Shown here one piece after another: positions 44,690-57,168 of a stretch of 64,000 bases of DNA. Source of the stretch: Octopus vulgaris (lineage: Eukaryota); assembly GCA_951406725.2 (NCBI GenBank), contig OX597814.1, positions 65,658,001-65,722,000 on the forward strand, written 5' to 3'. The notes under the pieces were generated by a model, which saw nothing but the letters and a program-made list of their open reading frames with translations, did no database searches and was not told the DNA's origin. The position numbers were made by a program, and so were the translations under genes. Position 1 is the first letter of the stretch; every line of letters starts with the position of its first letter.

Positions 44690-44960
44690 CATTGCTTCAG
44701 AACCGATGCTGGCGTGTTTACGGTCCCGTAACTTAGTGGTTCGGCAAAAGAAACCGTATGGAAGACAATTAGTAGTGCTTCAAAAGATTCAAAGTTAGAC
44801 TCCGATGTCTTTTAGTCTTGCTTTCTCTCTCTTTTGCATGTAGACATATATAAATACTTTGTATTTCATACACAAACAAATATATTTAATATTTTTGATG
44901 CATTTAATTTTTCTATCTGCACAATTGCCTCTCTGTATATATGTGTGTAGTGTGTGTGTT

Positions 44961-45052
<92 letters not shown>

Positions 45053-48000
45053 TGTATGTATGTGTGTTCATATCCACGCAAGTGCCAATCTGGAAAGTGA
45101 ACCTAAGATTACAGAAATTTATTTCAACATTAAATAGAAGAAATAACCTAAACTCATCATATATTGCAATCTATGTATGCCCAAAGATAATAATGCTAAC
45201 CTATTTATCTTAATTAAAAAAGTTTCATCTATGGATAAACTTATGTATATTCTCTACCGAAACATCCTCTGTGCCAGCGTCATCTTGCTGAAATTACATT
45301 ACTATCAAAGAGTAAATGGAAGATTTATTACAATAGCAATAGTAATAATTGTCCTTACCATCTTAATTAAATGAGTCTAATTTTTATGGAATATAAAACG
45401 CCCACAATTTGATTTGAGTACACAATTTCTCCACAAAGAAGCAAACTGGCTTATAAATATAAACTTATCCATATCATAGAATTCTCAAATTCAACAAAAC
45501 TTCAACAAAAATTAACGATAATACTATAACAACATCACTGCTAACAGAAACTTAGAATTAGACTGTTATACTGCTGATACTAAAGTAGGATAGCGCGGGC
45601 GAGTATCTGATGGTCAATGGCAATTGATCCGAAGCTCAAAATATTTCTAACACTGAAACTATTTTTGACAACCTAGCAGTGATATGGGATGATGATATTC
45701 TTGAACAAGTATAAAATACAGTTGTAAACGACAACCGTTTAGGACAAATATACAGGAAGAATTTTCCAAACCAGAACATAATATAATAAATAAACAGCAG
45801 GAAATTATCAAAAAGTTGCCTAGGCAAACGACATGAAAGAAACGTATGAAGCCTTTAATTTCTTGATGTTTTAACAACATCACTAATAAATCGCAAGGAG
45901 AGGAAATAGTACAAATATCTTGAAACCAGTGTGTTCCTCATGCCGTTAGGCATGCTCATAGATCACCTTTAGTATGGTTAGACGGCACTTCATCCGACTT
46001 TCGAAATATAGTTCAATGTATACAAAACGCTATTTGATATTCTTACAAAGTCATTATACCGCCAAAGGATGTATGGAGATGTTTAGAGTAGCTACTTATT
46101 AAACAAAATGATAACAAAGAAACCGTAAAGAACGTTAGAGCCGTGATTCTGATAGTTTGTTACGCAGGTAGATTATTATGACAGTTTTACAAATGTACGA
46201 AACCTCACGTTCACCTGTAAATGTTGTTCAGTAATTTCACAAGAGATAAACTCTCCGATAAATCTAACAATACATTTTCAAAAATTCTCCTGCTATATTT
46301 GTTTTCTCGCTAATCCGGTTATTATATCTCCTTATAAAATATGGTGTTACTGAAATCATAAGCCTAAAAACTTATCTCGGGTTTTCTTTGAGCACTATCT
46401 GGAGCTCTACACATCACATTTTAAACATGTCAAAAAGAAACTCTAGCTCATTACCAAAGACACTAGAATAAAATTTGGTGAGTTCAGTCGTCCATTTATA
46501 GTGGTAAGATAAGAATAATTTATGCCTTATTAAGAAAATCCACAGATGAATACAGTCAGGTGAAAACTATACCCGATTTGAACAAGCTAAGTAACGTTTG
46601 GTACGATGCACTCATTGAAAATTTGAAAGCAATAAATATTTTAATAATTAAATAGCAAAGCAAGAATTTTTAATACAAATTGTTGCATTGTAAAAACATA
46701 TCGCTTTAGACCTCTGAAATACACGCGATTCTTTAAAGTGGACATTAATAGACTTAAGGAAATTTGAGTTTTATTTGAAATTTCAACATTTTTATAGATG
46801 TAAAAAACCTATAATTCTTATGCAAAGAAGAAGTCCTCACTACATCAGGAATGAACTATAACAACGAATCGGAATCTCTGGTAGAGCAAACGGCTCAGAA
46901 GTTATTTTATTGAATAGAATAGTTCACTAAGAGAAATGCACATGGGTACTTAAAGCGTTAAACATAGACCATGGAAATAAGTGACGCAGGAATTTGTTAT
47001 GGGGTCCCGATATTTTATAATATCTCACCTTGAAGGTTACCTTTAAGCAATCCAGGAGCAAGAAATTCCCACCAAGAACCATCTGCAAAAGAGACAAAAT
47101 CATCAGCTAACAACAAGTTTAGACTATGCAACAGCAAAACAGACTACCTTAGTCACAGCTGCCTAAGAATAATTTCGAGTTATTACCTTCCCGTGACTGG
47201 AATGAGGCAAGGAAGATTTAACAAATAATAATGTATAAATATAAGCACATTGAAACTGATAGATCAAAAAAAATATTGGTTGAATCTGAATTTTAAACAT
47301 CGTAACATATACTATGAATGTTCGTTATCACCTTAACGTCCACAAGGTAAGAGTACTGATCTAATAGTTTAATCCCATAGGATAAAAGTACTGAAAAGCA
47401 GATATACTGAAAGAGACTACTGATGAAGTGTTTACGAATCCAACTCAAAATACACTTTCACCACTCATTGGTATTACTGCAACAAAGATGCAACAACCAG
47501 GTAGTTCTAAATGCGCCTGAATTCGTATTTCTAGAGAAAGCCCATGTTTTACAATTTAGTTATAGTAAATGAACATATATCAGAAAGAAAAGTAATCTGA
47601 AAGGTCTTTTAGTATTTACAGAGTAGTGGCCGCGCATGGAAAGATGAATAGGGCAAGACAATCTTTTTAAGTATATTTTCTTTACAATCATATCACTGAG
47701 TGGGCGGACAGTGAAAACAACACCATAACAGAAACCATATCTATATATAGATATATAGATAATCAACATGCAGATATATCAACATTGCAAATGAAATATC
47801 AACATTACATACAAATAAAAAGAAACCATACATGGCTACTTGAAACGCAGTGTTTAGAATTTTGTCAATAACGACAGGAGAATTATAAAATCACTTCGAC
47901 TTGTAAAAGAAATATCATTTCCCATTTAGAAGAATAGATACTTGCGAATTCATTTTAAACAGTTGAGTAAAAATTACTGAAGCCTTTAATATCCCCAATA

Positions 48001-48318
48001 CCCAGCTTAAATATCGATTGTTACATTTTATTTGAAGATTATATGTAGTCCTCAAGACATTACTTTCCTATCAATATACAACGCCACCAACACGAAACAT
48101 TTCACTCAAAATATTGGAGTTATTGAAACACAATCCACAATGGAATGTGCAACTCGTTTCCTCGAAATGCTAGAAAAAAGCAGATGAATTACGCCTGATA
48201 ATGCCATTATTTTTAAAAAGTTGAATGAGATATTCGATAATACAAGTCTGGATTGAATATTTGCAAGAATTATGAATATCTTTGATCAGCGTTGACATGA
48301 GGCTAAACAACAACAACA

Positions 48319-48355
<37 letters not shown>

Positions 48356-49794
48356 AGGCTGGTTTCGTGAAGAACAGCAAGCGATATTCCTAGGGAGATG
48401 TTGTCAGTCGTTTGCTTAGATGGATAAAAAAAAAAGTACGTTTGATGCTTAATCTTGTAGGCATAAATATGGCGTATTTCTGGTTAGTTTCATTGCGAAG
48501 TGAATTTTCATTTCTGGTTAGTTTCATTAAGGCATTAGCAAAGAGGTTTTGTGCGATAGAGTGTTTCATTATATTGTTTAGGTGCAGATTGTTTTTCGGA
48601 TTGACAAAGTCATCAAGAGGATTTGGAGTATCAGTAAGCATGTGAGAGACTCGGATAACTAACGATACTGTTTTAGAAAATTCGGAATGGCAAACAATTC
48701 AGTCTTTGTACTGGCAAACTTAGCACCATATTGTATTAAAAAGGTAAACTATGCTGGCTAATGTAACCTAACAAATACGTAACTAAACGGAATGTTTATG
48801 GTTGGAATGCCTCTGATCATAGATCTGTTCGATCAGAGCTGACATAAGGTAAAACACAGCGATTGGATTTCAGTGAACGAGAGGCAGAAGAGAAGTTTGT
48901 AATAAAAATCCAAAGTTAGAGTAACATCAAATATGTCGATGTTGGCAAGTTCAATGCTCGATTCTACTCCCATGCAAACACCACCTTTCAGAGTATAAAT
49001 CATAGTGACAACAATAAAGTTAGGAGGTTATGTAGAAGATGAGAGGTCTATGTTCAGAAGAATAGGAGGGCTGGTTAGCATTTTAACGAAGCTGCGTTCT
49101 CGGCTGAAAGGATGTCTACGGAAAGAATACAAAATAAACTTGAAAACGATTTTAGCTACCTCGGAAATGAAACTGTCATATTTAGTGATATTCAATAATG
49201 AGAAAATTGTTGGTTATGCAAAACCATATTTTTAGTTAATGATTAAATTTCCCTGGGTTTTCTTTGTGTCTTAGTTCCTTCTACAATGAACGAATTAAAA
49301 AAATTCAATACACATCCCAAAGTATGTTTAAAACAAAAACTCATATTTATCAAGTGTGCACCTGAATTATCAAGTTTTCTCATTAGGGTAAATCCGTGTA
49401 ATGTCCTTAAATGTATTTTTACGAAGCGAACATATTGCATATATCACTGTCGACATATTCACATACATGCACATATACACAGATTCGCGCATATCTAAGA
49501 GTGTATATATATATATATATATGTGTGCCTAAGTTAAGTATTACCTCAAAAACAATAGGTGTGTAAATCGGTTGATATGCTATAGTCATATAATATGAAC
49601 ACTCTCGCTCCTATAGTCGTGATAAGAATGTGGATAATGGTAGTTTTACTATCGTGGGGATGATATATATAAACAGTGTTATAACAAATAAAAATATACA
49701 AGAAATAATGTAAAAGTGAAATATAAAATATAAAATCGGAAATATTTGCATGAAGATGATTATTATCGGAGATAAGAAAAGAGAGCGATAAAAG

Positions 49795-49834
<40 letters not shown>

Positions 49835-50423
49835 GAAAATAAAAAAGAATGCGGAATTATAAAAGGAAGATATATGAAATTAGTTTTGTTTTTGTTTCAG
49901 AAATCGGAAAACGATAGGAATGAGCAGCGAAAGAGGGAGGTATTTTTCAGTAAGAAAAAAATCTCTATAAAAATACAATATAAAAATTGATAAAATCAAA
50001 GAATAAGATAAAATCATTTGCGTGAAGAGAAGAGCCTTCAGGGTAATGTTAGTAATCAAACTTAACTCAAGCATATGTCTTTCGCTGCTTGTCGCCATTA
50101 GTTTCCCAATTATTCTGACATTTTTTCCAATCATCTTCTGTTACAGAGTTACTATCGAGTAAAGTCTTCATATATCAGTGAACCGATTGAGAATCGAATA
50201 AAAACAAACCAACAAGGATGTGTACATGTGTACATGTGTATATGTGATTGTTGGATGAATTAAATATGATCTTCATACAAGGTGTTAGAAGCAACCTCCA
50301 TGTATGCAAATATGGGAGTCAGTATGCACATTATATGTGAACATATACATATATACACCTACACATATGTATACATATATTTCCATATACACTATTTTCG
50401 ATCAAATATCCTGCGATTATGCA

Positions 50424-50470
<47 letters not shown>

Positions 50471-50517
50471 AGATATATAAATACGCACATACGTCTAGGC
50501 ATATATTTCAATATACT

Positions 50518-50592
<75 letters not shown>

Positions 50593-50720
50593 GAAAGAGC
50601 CTTGTATCTAGGTTAGAAACCGGGTCTCTATTGGCAAGAAATCTTAAAATAAACTGAATAATGATACGTATATGTATACAAACATACATACATACATACA
50701 TACATACATACATACATACA

Positions 50721-50754
<34 letters not shown>

Positions 50755-50790
50755 CATGCATAAGTACATACAAATACACCGACACACACA

Positions 50791-50833
<43 letters not shown>

Positions 50834-51097
50834 CAATGAAAAGAATAAGACAAAGAAAATTATATAACACATCTTTAATTATAAGTTAAAAATGTTTCCG
50901 TAGCATCTCCATTTGAAACACCACTTTACGAGGAAACTCTAAAAGAAGAATCACAGTTTTAGGCGGTGGAGGGACACTTCCTCAGAATTGCATTACAGGC
51001 GTGCTATTACATAGTGTGTATATCAGAACTTGTTGCTAGGAAAGTTTCGGGAGGAAATAAAAAAGGAAAAATTAAAAAAGAGTGTATGAAGGATGAG

Positions 51098-51184
<87 letters not shown>

Positions 51185-51371
51185 CATATATATAAAAATT
51201 GAGATTGGGTTTGTAAAAGCAACCCTCCATGGGATAACATATATCCAATATACTGCTAGTGAAGTACCCAACAAAGTTAATACGTAAATGTTAATGATTG
51301 CGATGCAATTATTTCATTTCCTGTATTATATGGGCAAAGGTAAAATGATTTACCACAAATTACTAATACAT

Positions 51372-51457
51372 GATAAGAAAATGGAGAAATACATCTAAAT
51401 CAAATTTGATTTAGATAATTGATATTTGATTTAGATGTATTTCTCCATTTTCTTATC
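51372..51457. repeat. Nested palindrome (34-bp perfect arms; inner 24-bp perfect palindrome 51393-51416)
   Basis: gataagaaaatggagaaatacatctaaatcaaat versus atttgatttagatgtatttctccattttcttatc. Confidence 0.9.
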
Positions 51458-51460
51458 TTG

Positions 51461-51493
<33 letters not shown>

Positions 51494-51869
51494 GAAGTAT
51501 ATATGAAGGGACATAGATAAAACGACGGATATCTAATTTGTATACGTATATGTATTTTTGCGCATATGTGTGTGTGTGTGGCTACCAGAGAAGAACGTTA
51601 TTGAGGACGAGTTATCTCCCCAGGTTCAGAGGGTAAATGAAAGCTAGCATCTATGTTACCAGCAGTGGTACCTACACTTCAGCGCCAACCGTATGACCCG
51701 AGACGTCAATCACGACGATGATAACCGCGGCGACTACAGATAAACCAGTACCTCCCGACCAGTAGATCATAATGGCAGCATAAACACCGGTGCCACCAAC
51801 AGCATCCCCAGTCCCGGAGCCTACCAGAGATACACCAGAAATGCGAATGTAGCAACCACCCATCCCTGT

Positions 51870-52500
51870 AAATATATCAGATCGGTCAGCAATAGCTTTC
51901 AAGCGATCCTTCTGCAAACACAAGACACCCTTCAGCGTCTCAGAAAGACGTTTTGTCACGTCCCTGCCCAGCCATGTGCGGAAACTCTAAAATCAAGGGC
52001 CCGCTTGATATCAGGGGAGCAGATAATTTAACATCTAGACCTATAAATTAATGGGAGTGAGCCCTGCAAAATCTTTATTGCAGAGAGAACCAAAATTCTT
52101 AAAATCTATGCTAAACCTGAAACTTTAAATAATTGTAAAGAAATATTCTCAAAATGTGTTCATTTCAAGCGCTACCTACTGGAGAATTGGGTCTCCCCGT
52201 TTGTCGATTAGGCTAATAAGAGACCTTAATGAAATAAATTCTAATTTCCATTTATCCCCTGGTCCAGGGGGACAAAACCCGTCCTCAATAATTTTTTTCT
52301 GATTGCCGTTTGGCCATTTTGTCCTAACGTTTCTCCGCCTCCGCGAAGCGAAAAGTTGAATTTGTCTTTGTATAGAGTCTGATGAGCAGTCCTCAAAGCT
52401 GTAGCTTTCGTGGATAAGAAACCATGGGTCACTCTATGACCAGACTTTATTTTATTTTTAATACTTACTGCTTTATTCTTTAGAGTGTGCTTCTTATACT
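51870..52500 (+). mobile_element. 3' fragment of a Penelope-like element (GIY-YIG C-terminus + 3' region)
   Basis: Plus-strand translation YIR..NSF / KHKTPF..TSLPSHVRKL*NQG / CKIFIAERTKIL...TLNNCKEIFSKCVHFKRYLLEN (stop 52209-52211). This resembles the PLE endonuclease C-terminus. It is followed by an HHR and then (TA)n. Confidence 0.7.
52372..52437 (+). ncRNA. Type-I hammerhead ribozyme with canonical core and extended domain II
   Basis: AUAGAGU CUGAUGA [gcaGUCCucAAAGCUguAGCUUUcguGGAUaa] GAAA CC aug GG UC / ACUCUAU. Perfect 7-bp helix I, GUC site. Confidence 0.8.
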
Positions 52501-52522
52501 GATATGTTATATGGACAATATA

Positions 52523-52601
<79 letters not shown>

Positions 52602-52789
52602 ATAAAAATGTACATAAATGAATTAAGAGTACTGATAATGTTATTTCGTCAAAATCCTTATTATATATAAACATGAGAGACGTCCCCGTTGAAGACGACG
52701 TATGAGTCTTGAGCTGTTGCCTAAAGATCTGCACAAATGATTTGCTTATAAGGATCACACTCCCTCTAAAAAATCGATGTTGCCTGATT

Positions 52790-52947
52790 AGGTGCATGGT
52801 GTACAAAATGTCAAGTGTCGAAGTGATCGCAGAGCAACGTGAGATACAGTATTTTCCTTAAGAACAAAACACCAACCGTTCATGGAATTGAAACCACGAT
52901 CTCGTGATCGTGAGCGCAACACAACGGCCACTAGACCATGTGCCCTG
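52790..52947 (-). mobile_element. Short tRNA-derived SINE
   Basis: Minus strand TGGTCTAGTGG ... GGTTTCAATTCC. Confidence 0.55.
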
Positions 52948-52976
52948 TATATATATGAATGTATGTAAGTATGTAA

Positions 52977-53086
<110 letters not shown>

Positions 53087-53142
53087 TGTTGAGACCAGTA
53101 AGAAACAATTATGAACTTTTTTATTACACTTAACTTTTTAAA

Positions 53143-53195
53143 ATATTTTTGATAAGGTTCGTTTTTTTAAAGAAGAACCGAAACATGTAAAATTT
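53143..53195 (+). ncRNA. Type-I hammerhead ribozyme (U3-A8 variant)
   Basis: AUUU UUGAUAA GGUUC...GAACC GAAA CAUG UA / AAAU. 5-bp helix II, palindromic helix III ACAUGU. Confidence 0.72.
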
Positions 53196-53453
53196 CTAAG
53201 AAAATTAAAATTTATCTTAAATAGTGGCGTTTTCAAACTTCTTTTTTATAAATATATATATATATATATATACATACATATGTATATATATTTATATGTA
53301 CATATATATAAATATATATATATATATCTATATATACGTATAAGTATATAGACACATGTTTGTATATGTATATATATATATATGTATATATATATATTTA
53401 AAAAAAGAAGTTTGAAAAACGCCACTATATAAGATAAATTTTAATTTTGCTAG

Positions 53454-53505
53454 AAATTTTACATGTTTCGGTTCTTCTTGAAAAAACGAACCGTATCAAA
53501 AATAT
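53454..53505 (-). ncRNA. Inverted copy of the 53143 hammerhead (A9C substitution)
   Basis: Minus strand: AUUU UUGAUAC GGUUC...GAACC GAAACAUGUA AAAU. Confidence 0.6.
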
Positions 53506-53737
53506 TTGAAAATGTTAAGTGTAATAAAAAAGTTCGTAATTGTTTCTTACTAGTCTCAGCAGGATACACGTGGTTGTATCGTCTTTATGAACGTCTTTAT
53601 GCCCTTAACATATCTCTGTTACCAAACACTATATTTATACATGTAAGGTGACAATTATGTATAAAAAAACATTTTTGAATTCATAATATTCAATGTGACA
53701 ATTATGTAAAAACTTTTTGAACCCATAATATTCAATG

Positions 53738-53782
53738 TTACTTTTGACAATCTTTTACCAAAGAGTGAAACCGGTTAAGTAA
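53738..53782 (+). ncRNA. Type-I hammerhead-like ribozyme (U3-A8 variant)
   Basis: UUACUU UUGACAA UCUUU uacc AAAGA gu GAAA CCGG UU / AAGUAA. Perfect 6-bp helix I, palindromic ACCGGU, AAUAAA immediately downstream. Confidence 0.68.
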
Positions 53783-53857
53783 ATAAACATCTTTTAAATT
53801 GCCTTTTCAAACCTTCTTTCGTATATAATTCCACTCGTGCGATACCCCACAACTGAA

Positions 53858-53900
<43 letters not shown>

Positions 53901-54013
53901 TGATGCATATATGCCATTTGAATATGGCTAACCCATAAGGGTGGATGCTACTGTAGTTTGTAGCCCCAAGAAGATATCTCCTCCAGCTGGCTATAGACAC
54001 ACTATCTGTGTCC

Positions 54014-54044
<31 letters not shown>

Positions 54045-54528
54045 GTATATATGTATATTTTAAAGTCTACGAGGATTACAAATACAGTTTTAGAAGTGTA
54101 AAGGAGACTTTTCTGAAAAAATATTTCTTTAAAATATTGTTATCAAAATGAGGATGATACTAACAAAATGAGGATGATACTATATATATATATATTTATA
54201 TATATGTGTGTATATATATACACATATATGGTGGGTCTCTTTTAGATTCCGCTGCGAGATCCGCGTACAGGATTTACCCGAGGCTATAGTAGAAGACACT
54301 CGCCTAAGGAGCTAGGTATTGACAATGAAAATCAAGCCGTGTCGTTGGGAACCAAGCATTGATTTTCTGTTGCCTTACTAAAGTCCATAGGACAACATGA
54401 CATTTGAAATGATATTACAAAGAATTGTCTGGCAATGAAGCAAATCTCTATAGAGAATATTATTATTATTATTATTATTATTATTGCCTTATTATTATCA
54501 TTATTGTTATTATTATTATTATTATTAC

Positions 54529-54594
<66 letters not shown>

Positions 54595-54852
54595 CATTTT
54601 TATTATTATAAAGAAAAAGTTGTTATATAAAGAATATATGTGAGTCTATGAATGTTTAACCGTAGAGGGGCGCGCGTGCACACACACGTAAACACACACA
54701 ATGTCAGGCCTGTCAATTCTGATTGATATTAATCCAACATGCTTTCTTGCATGAACTATTTCGGTATTTTACATAGGTGTATAAATATGCACATACGCAT
54801 ACACACACACTTACACGCACATATACATATACACATGTGTATGCGAGTATTC

Positions 54853-54893
<41 letters not shown>

Positions 54894-54905
54894 ATTATAT
54901 AGAAG

Positions 54906-54958
54906 GAGCTTCTACAGGACTAGAACTGTTTCATTCAAGAGAAATCTTCAGGAAGCTC
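54906..54958 (-). ncRNA. Type-I hammerhead ribozyme, canonical core (copy 1)
   Basis: Minus strand: GAGCUUC CUGAAGA uUUC ucuu GAAu GAAA CAG uucuaguc CUG UA / GAAGCUC. 7-bp helix I, 4-bp helix III, GUA site. Confidence 0.85.
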
Positions 54959-55322
54959 TTTTTAGTCGGACCGACGGTTTATTTTCGAAATGGTCTTTGT
55001 GGTCTTTCAGGGTGAAGTGTGGGGACTTCACCCTCAGGGGTTCAGTTCGGTGGGAGCTTTTCATTTTCGAAAGTTTCTCATTCAGTTCCGTTTGGAAAGG
55101 TAGGTTGACTCTCCTGAATTTGATGTTTTTTATCATGAGGAAGAGGTCTTCTTCAAACGGTTCAAGTAGGCTGTTGGTAGGGGGGGCCCTATTTGATTTG
55201 AAGCCGTACTTATCATTATTGGTAGATGCTACATCAGGATGGTCGAAGAAGAAAGGGTACTGTTTCCTTGGTGGGATAGTAATGTTCTTCAGGGAAGTAT
55301 CGAGGTCGATTCTTGTCAGCAT
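54948..55322 (-). pseudogene. 124-codon ORF derived from internally deleted PLE ORF N-terminus
   Basis: SLKNITIP, YGFKS..PP, FEEDL..MIKNIKFR..FQ..L and TLKDHKDHFENKP.VRL are motifs I recognise from PLE N-terminal/pre-RT regions. Confidence 0.65.
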
Positions 55323-55452
55323 TTTTCTTGGTGATGGTTATAAGGGCACTGGGGTGTGCTAGGATATGTAGGTCCCGGGTTGATTCGGGGTTAACCACAG
55401 TAAATAAGGTACTCAATACATAGCAGAGTAAAATTAATTTATTATATAGAAG

Positions 55453-55505
55453 GAGCTTCTACAGGACTAGAACTGTTTCATTCAAGAGAAATCTTCAGGA
55501 AGCTC
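55453..55505 (-). ncRNA. Type-I hammerhead ribozyme (copy 2, identical)
   Basis: Same sequence as 54906-54958, offset by 547 nt. Confidence 0.85.
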
Positions 55506-55509
55506 TTCT

Positions 55510-55562
55510 GAGCTTCCTGAAGATTTCTCTTGAATGAAACAGTTCTAGTCCTGTAGAAGCTC
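55510..55562 (+). ncRNA. Type-I hammerhead ribozyme (copy 3, opposite strand)
   Basis: gagcttc CTGAAGA tttctcttgaat GAAA cag ttctagtc ctg TA gaagctc, read directly on the plus strand. Confidence 0.85.
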
Positions 55563-55642
55563 CTTCTATATAATAAATTAATTTTACTCTGCTATGTATT
55601 GAGTACCTTATTTACTGTGGTTAACTCCGAATCAACCCGGGA

Positions 55643-55698
<56 letters not shown>

Positions 55699-55769
55699 AA
55701 AAAAGAGAGGGAGAGAGTTAGAGGATATAGTAACTGACTAAGGGATAAAATATCCGTATATACTATCGG

Positions 55770-55807
<38 letters not shown>

Positions 55808-55831
55808 GAGAACTGTGTATGTTTATTCATA

Positions 55832-55936
<105 letters not shown>

Positions 55937-56105
55937 ATATGGTGTTTAAGTCACCTGACAGTAAATAAAAAGACGATATAATTCCAATATTCATGTTTAA
56001 CAACTGAATGAATTTGATAAAACCCTGTAAATATGAAACATTATGAAAATTGCTCAAACTGAAGAATGTTGATTTACTGTCGAGTGACTTTTGGCCAACC
56101 CTCTA
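55937..56105. mobile_element. Tc1/mariner-type MITE candidate
   Basis: Inverted aagtcacctgacagtaaat (55948) / atttactgtcgagtgactt (56072-56090). Right end ttttggccaaccctcta followed by TA. Confidence 0.5.
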
Positions 56106-56383
56106 TATATAGATGACAAAATGGACAAAGACGAAACGAGCAAATACAGTTTTGCGACTAAAATACATGACTAGAGGGGGAAATATTGAAGGATATAGAC
56201 AACAGTAAATAGCAAGACAGAACCGCTTGGCAGCCAGTAAGACAGAATGAAGGAAAACAGGCCATGGGTCACGTGTCAGCAGCAGGCAGAAGAGAAAGGG
56301 AGAAGGAAAAACAGAGAGAAGATAGAAATAAGGGAAGAAATGAAGGGGAAAAGAAGAAAGACTACAAATACAAGAGACAGGGC

Positions 56384-56415
<32 letters not shown>

Positions 56416-56889
56416 AAAGTAGATAGGCTAAATATAGAAGTAACAGGGTGAGAGAGAAAAGGAGTAGAGTCACAGAGAATATATGTAAACTTAGTCTTGC
56501 TATATTCTGTTGTCTATATCCTTCAGGATTTTTCTAAGCGTTACCCACCATTCCGCAAGACCGGAATTTGCTCGTTTCGTCTTTCTCCATCGTCTTAGAT
56601 TATATTTTTTTACTTTCGTAGGTCCACTGTGTCGTTTTCTCTGCTTGAGGTCCGATTCTCTGCGTCTTTCGCCGGCATGGCCAAGATGGGAATCCCCTCA
56701 GTCGTATTAAAGGTGCGAAACAGAGTATTATCATTCTGGTTGATAACTGTTGAAGAATTAGGCCCACTGTATCTTATACGAATACGTTTTTTTTTATCTG
56801 TCGTTGTTTATTTACAATGCACTTTTTCATTTTTTTGTAACGGTACGCAAAACACGCCAGACGTTTATTAACAGTGAGTTTATATACAT

Positions 56890-56920
<31 letters not shown>

Positions 56921-56984
56921 GATAGATATATAGATAAGAGAAAAAAATCTATCAGAAAGGAACTCTATCTCTCTTAAAAAAATA

Positions 56985-57024
56985 TCTTTTGATAAGCATA
57001 ACAAATGCGCAACCGGTAAAAAGA
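56985..57024 (+). ncRNA. Hammerhead-like motif (U3-A8, A13C mutated)
   Basis: UCUU UUGAUAA GCAU aacaa AUGC GCAA CCGG UA AAAAGA. 4-bp helix II, palindromic ACCGGU. GAAA reads GCAA. Confidence 0.55.
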
Positions 57025-57133
57025 ACTTTCACCTAATTAAATACACTCTCCCTTACTTAAATTATTTTGTCAGCATTTTCTTCATTTCTTTTTTTATATA
57101 TCACAACTCGTGTTCCACATCTCCTTTTTTTAA

Positions 57134-57168
<35 letters not shown>

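Larger units (their letters stand above)
54891..55646 (-). mobile_element. Non-autonomous PLE derivative: two direct HHR-bearing repeats plus one inverted copy (retrozyme-like)
   Basis: Identical 70-bp direct repeats 54891-54960 and 55438-55507. Inverted arm 55510-55646. Internal PLE N-terminal mini-ORF. (TA)n on both flanks. Confidence 0.85.
55369..55646. repeat. Near-perfect palindrome, 137-bp arms, 4-nt spacer
   Basis: 55369-55505 versus 55510-55646; one mismatch seen. Confidence 0.95.

Noticed and set aside
47438-47450. CTGATGA agtgtttac GAAT hammerhead-like string near 47420-47445
   Set aside because: GAAA is broken and there is no helix I or III pairing
45600-48300. Long non-microsatellite stretch with faint Helitron-helicase-like peptides near 46130-46250
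   Set aside because: Similarity is too weak to call by eye; needs tBLASTn against a repeat protein library
56650-56705. Minus-strand CUGAGGG...GCGAAAGACGC
   Set aside because: No helix III/NUH or helix I; not called as an HHR
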